From Oligoflexales bacterium (GTDB lineage: Bacteria > Bdellovibrionota_B > Oligoflexia > Oligoflexales > CAIYRB01): a stretch of DNA of 31,822 nt. The DNA is taken from the NCBI GenBank assembly GCA_041736175.1, contig JBGSUI010000103.1, positions 1 through 31,822 of the forward strand. The letters run 5' to 3'. Below the pieces are notes generated by a model. It was not told where the DNA came from. It saw only the letters and a program-made list of their open reading frames with translations, and did no database searches. Positions 27,368 to 31,822 of this stretch are shown piece by piece. The first letter of the stretch is position 1. The number at the start of each line of letters is the position of its first letter. A program made the position numbers and the translations under genes.

Positions 27368-28855
27368 TTAAAAAATTTTAGGTTTTAGCGTCTTAGCAAT
27401 TTGGCCCCACAAGCTCAAGATGGCGATGGTGTCCGTGTCCTCATTTTGGATGATCATGTCACCACCTGCAGTCGTCGCGAGGCTCGTGATATCTCTCCCT
27501 CCTAGCAAATCGGTCAAGGTTACGGAGCGGGTTATCTTCTCAGGTTCCATCCAACTGCGGATCTCTATTCCGCGTGCCAAGGCGATGGCAAAATAGTTGC
27601 CTTGCATCATCGATATTTGGCCAATAGCCCGCGCTGCGGTGGATAGGTTCAGGGTTTCTTTCCAGCTCCTAGTGTCGTAAATGCTGAGATTCCGATCCCC
27701 CCAATAGAGTAGCAACTTTTCGGACGAGATCATGCTTGCGCCGAACGAGCGTGGTAGAGTGGCAATCCGTTTGCCCGCGACATAGTCCTGAATAAAGGTC
27801 TCTGCACTGTTGCGGACCAGATTCTGGCCATGGCCGACGTCGAGATAGCCATCATTGCCCTTAAAAATTGTTGGCGAGCCGCCGGAAAGGACGCCAGTCT
27901 TCACGTCCCAGACGCGGTCAACCAGGGTGCAGCGGGTTGGGGTCGACTCGAGAGTACAAGTCGGTATTAGGACACGGCCAGGAGCAATTGTCGTCACATG
28001 CTCGCCAATACCGACCTTCGCCGAAACTATTTTATTGTCGAGAGTCCTAAAGGCATGGGCGTATTTGATGTAGACGGAGACGAAGGTGTTTTCGTCAATG
28101 ACTAGCAACCTAGCCCTGGAATCAAAGGATGCGACATCTTCCAGCCCATGGCTAAACACCTTTATAGGCTCTTTATCGCCGGCGGCAGGCTTAGACTTCC
28201 ACAAATAGATTTTTCCGTCATTATGAAACGATAGGAACTGGCCCTCATTGAGCCTCGCAAAATTTCGAACGATGCTATCGCCAATTTCGTAGCGGAAAAT
28301 CGGCTCGCCAGTTGTCGTGTTTAGAAGCACGAGTGCCTTGGTGGCATCTTGATAGACTATGCTACGACTCCCGATGGGCACCGCCAGTCCCGAGCCGGGT
28401 AAGCGGGGTATGTTGGCCAGTACGAGGGACTGGCTCTCAGCATCGTTCAGCATCTTGCGAGAGGCAATATAGTTGCGCAAAAGCTCTTTCTGAAAAGAGA
28501 GGGCGATAACGTCATCGCTCGCCTTCATGGGTCCATAGTGGCAGGCCTCGCTTCTGAGGCCTACCTTGATCTGCTCTTTACGCCAGTCGGGGACCGTGTT
28601 TTGCGCGATCGACAGGAGGGCGTTTCTCGCGACTCGGTTATTTGCAACAATCGCATTGACATAGCGCACGATGTCCCTGTCGGGGAGATGCTTGAAAATC
28701 TCCTCTAGGCAATCAACACTGAGCTGATCGGGTGTTCCGGAGCATCCTCCTGATACATCAGAGGCTGTCGGGGCCGATGCGGTGTCGCCATGGTTGCTAC
28801 GACAGGCGCCAAGCAGGAGAAAGCAGGTTATGGTCCAGTACTTGAATTTTCGCAT
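27368..28855 (-). CDS. Lipoprotein with F-box-like motif and WD40-like beta-propeller
   Basis: Lipobox LGAC; DQLSVDCLEEIFKHLPDRDIVRY; blade-like segments FLSFHNDGKIYLWK, RVWDVKTG, DRNLSIYDTRSW, IEIRSW. Confidence 0.65.
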   Translation of the reverse strand: MRKFKYWTITCFLLLGACRSNHGDTASAPTASDVSGGCSGTPDQLSVDCLEEIFKHLPDRDIVRYVNAIVANNRVARNALLSIAQNTVPDWRKEQIKVGLRSEACHYGPMKASDDVIALSFQKELLRNYIASRKMLNDAESQSLVLANIPRLPGSGLAVPIGSRSIVYQDATKALVLLNTTTGEPIFRYEIGDSIVRNFARLNEGQFLSFHNDGKIYLWKSKPAAGDKEPIKVFSHGLEDVASFDSRARLLVIDENTFVSVYIKYAHAFRTLDNKIVSAKVGIGEHVTTIAPGRVLIPTCTLESTPTRCTLVDRVWDVKTGVLSGGSPTIFKGNDGYLDVGHGQNLVRNSAETFIQDYVAGKRIATLPRSFGASMISSEKLLLYWGDRNLSIYDTRSWKETLNLSTAARAIGQISMMQGNYFAIALARGIEIRSWMEPEKITRSVTLTDLLGGRDITSLATTAGGDMIIQNEDTDTIAILSLWGQIAKTLKPKIF

Positions 28856-29102
28856 CGAGATTTTTCCTATTTAAGAAATTTTAGTGAATACTTCCGAGCA
28901 ACGGATCTCATGATTGCTAGACTCTGCAAGACCTAGTCCATCAAGATTCGCCAGCGTTTATGAAGGATTTCAAGCGGAACATCGTAGAAACTTTGTTCAG
29001 ATGTTAGAATGGTGCCCGCCGCTCGGCGAATGCTTTTCTCCAAACCCTTGGGGCAAAGTCTGGAGAGACCGAACAAATGCCTATTTTATCAACATATTAA
29101 AT

Positions 29103-29137
29103 TTTCTGTATTACATGGTTTTTATGTAATACAGAAA
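29103..29137. promoter_or_regulatory. Palindromic operator upstream of mazEF (probable TA autoregulation)
   Basis: Perfect 14-bp inverted repeat TTTCTGTATTACAT-N7-ATGTAATACAGAAA. Confidence 0.7.
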
Positions 29138-29138
29138 T

Positions 29139-29165
29139 TAAAGTTTTACTGTATAATACCGATAG
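29139..29165 (+). promoter_or_regulatory. Sigma28-type promoter with a nested TATAAT
   Basis: TAAAG-N14-ACCGATAG; TATAAT at 29152-29157. Confidence 0.55.
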
Positions 29166-29221
29166 GTAGGGAGAGTCGGAAAGCATTCCAGCTCCGATCG
29201 ATTAACACTCAGAGACCTCCA

Positions 29222-29458
29222 ATGCGCAGTACTATTAAAAAATACGGAAACAGCCGTGGTTTAACGATACCACCCAGCACCCTTGAGCAGCTTGGATGGA
29301 AGGAAGGGACCGAAGTTGACATTGAGATTGCCAACGGCGCGCTGGTTATCTTAAAGCTGGCTCCATCTCTGGAAGAACTGATAGCAACTGTGCCAGCTGA
29401 ATTCCGTGATACAGAGGAATTTGGTGATGACGACGTGGGAAGGGAAACTGTGGAATGA
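29222..29458 (+). CDS. mazE: AbrB/MazE family antitoxin
   Basis: MRSTIKKYGNSRGLTIP...LG..EG.EV.I...G.LVI; SLEELIA; acidic tail ending GRE; ATGA overlap. Confidence 0.92.
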   Translation: MRSTIKKYGNSRGLTIPPSTLEQLGWKEGTEVDIEIANGALVILKLAPSLEELIATVPAEFRDTEEFGDDDVGRETVE

Positions 29459-29805
29459 TTCCCGATGCCGGTGACATTGTTATTTTAGATTTTGATCCAC
29501 AGGCTGGTCGTGAAATTAAAAAGCGCCGTCCTGGACTTGTCTTAAGTCCAAAGGCTTTTAACCAAGCGACTAAGTTTGCCGTGATCTGTCCAATCACTTC
29601 CACTGCAAGTGTCCATGGATTTCAGCTGCGACTGCCCGATGGCATCAAAGACTTTGCTCCACCACCAGGTGGCAGTTCTACGGTCAAGATCGAACAATTA
29701 CGCTCACTCGACATCGTAGCCAGAAATGCGCAGATTGTTGCTCGCGTTCCTGATTATTTCCTCCTACATTGCCGCTCAATCGCCCAACGGATTCTGGGCC
29801 TTTGA
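29455..29805 (+). CDS. mazF: MazF/PemK endoribonuclease toxin
   Basis: PDAGDIVILDFDPQAGREIKKRRPGLVLSP..FN...ICPITS, EQLRSLD..R. Confidence 0.95.
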   Translation: MIPDAGDIVILDFDPQAGREIKKRRPGLVLSPKAFNQATKFAVICPITSTASVHGFQLRLPDGIKDFAPPPGGSSTVKIEQLRSLDIVARNAQIVARVPDYFLLHCRSIAQRILGL

Positions 29806-29832
29806 TCGTTATCATAATCGTCGAATCCTTTG

Positions 29833-31323
29833 TCAAAATTCCATAAAATCAAAAGCATTCATAAAAGAGATCATGTGTTTATTTAAATAGTTTGGCTTTA
29901 ATTTGGCGTAAATCTTACCAAGGTAGGTCACCGCATTTTCTAAGTCCGGACAGCGACTGTTATAAACCTTTTGGTCATCTCCTTTGCCATCGCGGATGAA
30001 GCGCAAATAATCCGTCATTTTGCCGAGATATCTTACATATTGCACCAGGTCACCGCCGCGGGTTGGTGGCTTGATCACCTTAGATTCGCCGATACCTGAA
30101 TAGGTGATATCTCCCGTCGACAAATTTAAGGAAAAATGGCGTTCAAACCCGACTCCCACTTTGGAAGTGTAAACGATCAGGTCATCTTTGTTTGTCATAT
30201 GGACTCTCGCCAGCAGGGTTTCCTTCCCGAGCATACTAGCAAGATTTGAGGGATCACGGCTGCTTTGGTTAACCGTTCTACATTCGGCGACCAGATTTAT
30301 AGGCTGGTTAAAATCCATAAAAAAGGCCTTCGAATTAATCTCCTTGTTTTTGGCCTCACTTGTCGGCATGGACGTGGTGTCAAAGTTATTGGCGCTTCTT
30401 GCAGCTCCGGTGACAAGACGGCTCGTGAAGTCGGGAATAGTAATCATGATGGAATTTTCACCGATGATTTTCGTATCCATATTCCAACCTAAAAAACTTT
30501 CCGGATTGATCCCTAGGGGCGTGGAAATCGTAGCCATACCTTTAAAGACGGGGCTCGAGGTGATAAGGCTCGCTATCTCGCTGGCCTGCAAACCTCGCGA
30601 AAATTTCTGGCCGGCGACTTCAAAGTCGCCATGGATGGGAGAAAACCGCGCCTGGATCAGGCTGATCGAATGGTTGTCTATGCCCAACAGGTTAGGACTC
30701 TGAGCCCCCGTGATCCTGCTGATTTCGCTGAATTCGGGGCTATGTCGATCCAAGACTTTGATACTGTCAATACGGAGGGAGGCATAGGCTTGATCAAAGG
30801 CTACAGTATAGTCCAAAGATCCTAAAGGTAGGTAGACTTCATCACCCACCTGGAGGGTTGTAGGAGGGTCAACTTTTTGTAAAAAACTACAGGTCGCACA
30901 CTCAGCATCATCAGGAACTTCTAGGGTCAATGGAGTAGGCAACGTAAACTTTCCCTTATTATCCTTGGGGGCCAGAACCGGTACTCCACTTGCTTGGCGG
31001 TTTAAGGTTTGAGTGGTCACGACCTTTTTGGAACGCCCTTTCGATGGATCGGCCGGAAGGACTTTTTGCAAAAGATTGCCTCCAGGTCCACGGAAGACTG
31101 TTGATCTCACTCTCTCCCCGTTTTTTATGTATTCGCATTGTCGGAATACCGTAGATAAACCAGGTCGAGTTGTTATTCCATTGACAGTAGAAGATGTAGA
31201 GTTGGTCTTTGACCCCTTGAGGCATCCAACGGTCCCTGATATCACCAATCCGAGAATAACCAGTGATATTGGTTGGTTTATAATTCGCCTTGATGGTAAG
31301 CAGTTAGCAACATGATTTGACAT
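29833..31323 (-). CDS. Hypothetical lipoprotein
   Basis: ATG 31323 with GGGGAG RBS; hydrophobic stretch and lipobox TVGC followed by Ser/Thr linker; no recognised domain. Confidence 0.7.
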   Translation of the reverse strand: MSNHVANCLPSRRIINQPISLVILGLVISGTVGCLKGSKTNSTSSTVNGITTRPGLSTVFRQCEYIKNGERVRSTVFRGPGGNLLQKVLPADPSKGRSKKVVTTQTLNRQASGVPVLAPKDNKGKFTLPTPLTLEVPDDAECATCSFLQKVDPPTTLQVGDEVYLPLGSLDYTVAFDQAYASLRIDSIKVLDRHSPEFSEISRITGAQSPNLLGIDNHSISLIQARFSPIHGDFEVAGQKFSRGLQASEIASLITSSPVFKGMATISTPLGINPESFLGWNMDTKIIGENSIMITIPDFTSRLVTGAARSANNFDTTSMPTSEAKNKEINSKAFFMDFNQPINLVAECRTVNQSSRDPSNLASMLGKETLLARVHMTNKDDLIVYTSKVGVGFERHFSLNLSTGDITYSGIGESKVIKPPTRGGDLVQYVRYLGKMTDYLRFIRDGKGDDQKVYNSRCPDLENAVTYLGKIYAKLKPNYLNKHMISFMNAFDFMEF

Positions 31324-31410
31324 TATTTCACTCCCCAAATGGTCCGATTTTCGTAAAGCAAGATACATACCACAATCTGGTAGTTCTTACGGTTTACTTA
31401 ATCTTTCATA

Positions 31411-31612
31411 AGGGGACAACACCCCTGAGAGCCTCGACCCTACGGTTGGCCAACTGATTCGTCCTGGGGCGAACGGCTCGGAGTGACTTTAATCCTGGGT
31501 GCGTCTCAACCCATAAACTGCCTGCGATACCAAGGTCGACCAAACTAACGAAACCTTTGGTGATGACTTAATCTCGCGACTCCTTCGAGTGGCTCGCCCC
31601 AGGGCGAGGCCA
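31411..31612. ncRNA. Candidate structured non-coding element, family and strand unknown
   Basis: Nested and competing inverted repeats in ORF-free DNA (see findings). Confidence 0.45.
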
Positions 31613-31822
31613 TCCTATCGCCTCTATTCATATGTAAAAAAAATTTCAGAAAAAGCTTGACGGGTTTTGGGGCTTACAAAACGGTCCCTCAATTAGCCTC
31701 TGCAAGCGATTTGCTGATTTTTCCGGATCAGATCGATTCAAACCGCCCCATAAACAATTTTGAGGCTTCGAGGGACGTTTTTAAAAAAGACCGCAGACTC
31801 CGAGCGGAATGGACTTTTACAA

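Noticed and set aside
29010..29070. Minus-strand ...GGGCACCA resembling a tRNA 3' end or att site
   Set aside because: No T-arm (GTTCRA) or cloverleaf, and no integrase or second copy in the window
29009..29221. N-terminal extension of MazE in the ORF track, and ORF 28914-29129
   Set aside because: They run through the operator and promoter; AbrB/MazE homology starts at ATG 29222
31420..31620. Glycine riboswitch-like words on the minus strand (CACUCGAAGGAG ... CUCUCAGG)
   Set aside because: No GGAGA junction, the two words are ~150 nt apart, and the downstream gene is not glycine-related. tmRNA, RNase P, SRP, hammerhead and HDV-like consensus motifs were also not found by eye
1..31822. CRISPR array, retron, IS element or prophage
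   Set aside because: No regularly spaced repeats and no reverse transcriptase, transposase, integrase or phage structural gene recognised

Overview
Bacterial chromosomal window. Its gene style (many lipoproteins, a VWA lipoprotein, STAS-Zn ribbon, DUF6178, sigma28-like promoters) suggests Bdellovibrionota/Oligoflexia or a related deltaproteobacterial lineage; this is inference. A housekeeping core (coaD, rsmD, speA, PAS-GGDEF cyclase, polyprenyl synthase, M16 peptidase, RMD1-family gene) is flanked by accessory arms. The left arm has a truncated HNH nuclease, a MenA1/MenT1-like nucleotidyltransferase toxin-antitoxin pair, a VWA lipoprotein, a papain-family lipoprotein, two c-type cytochromes, a RcpA/CpaC-like secretin with three divergent small genes, and a large Ig/FecR/TPR/beta-barrel protein. 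The right arm has a GH13 amylase lipoprotein, a lipoprotein with an apparent F-box plus WD40-like propeller, a mazEF module, an orphan lipoprotein and a strongly base-paired ~200-nt non-coding element. No rRNA, tRNA, CRISPR array, transposase or integrase was recognised. The best leads are the eukaryote-like F-box/WD40 lipoprotein, the orphan structured element at 31411-31612, and mazEF under an apparent sigma28 promoter.
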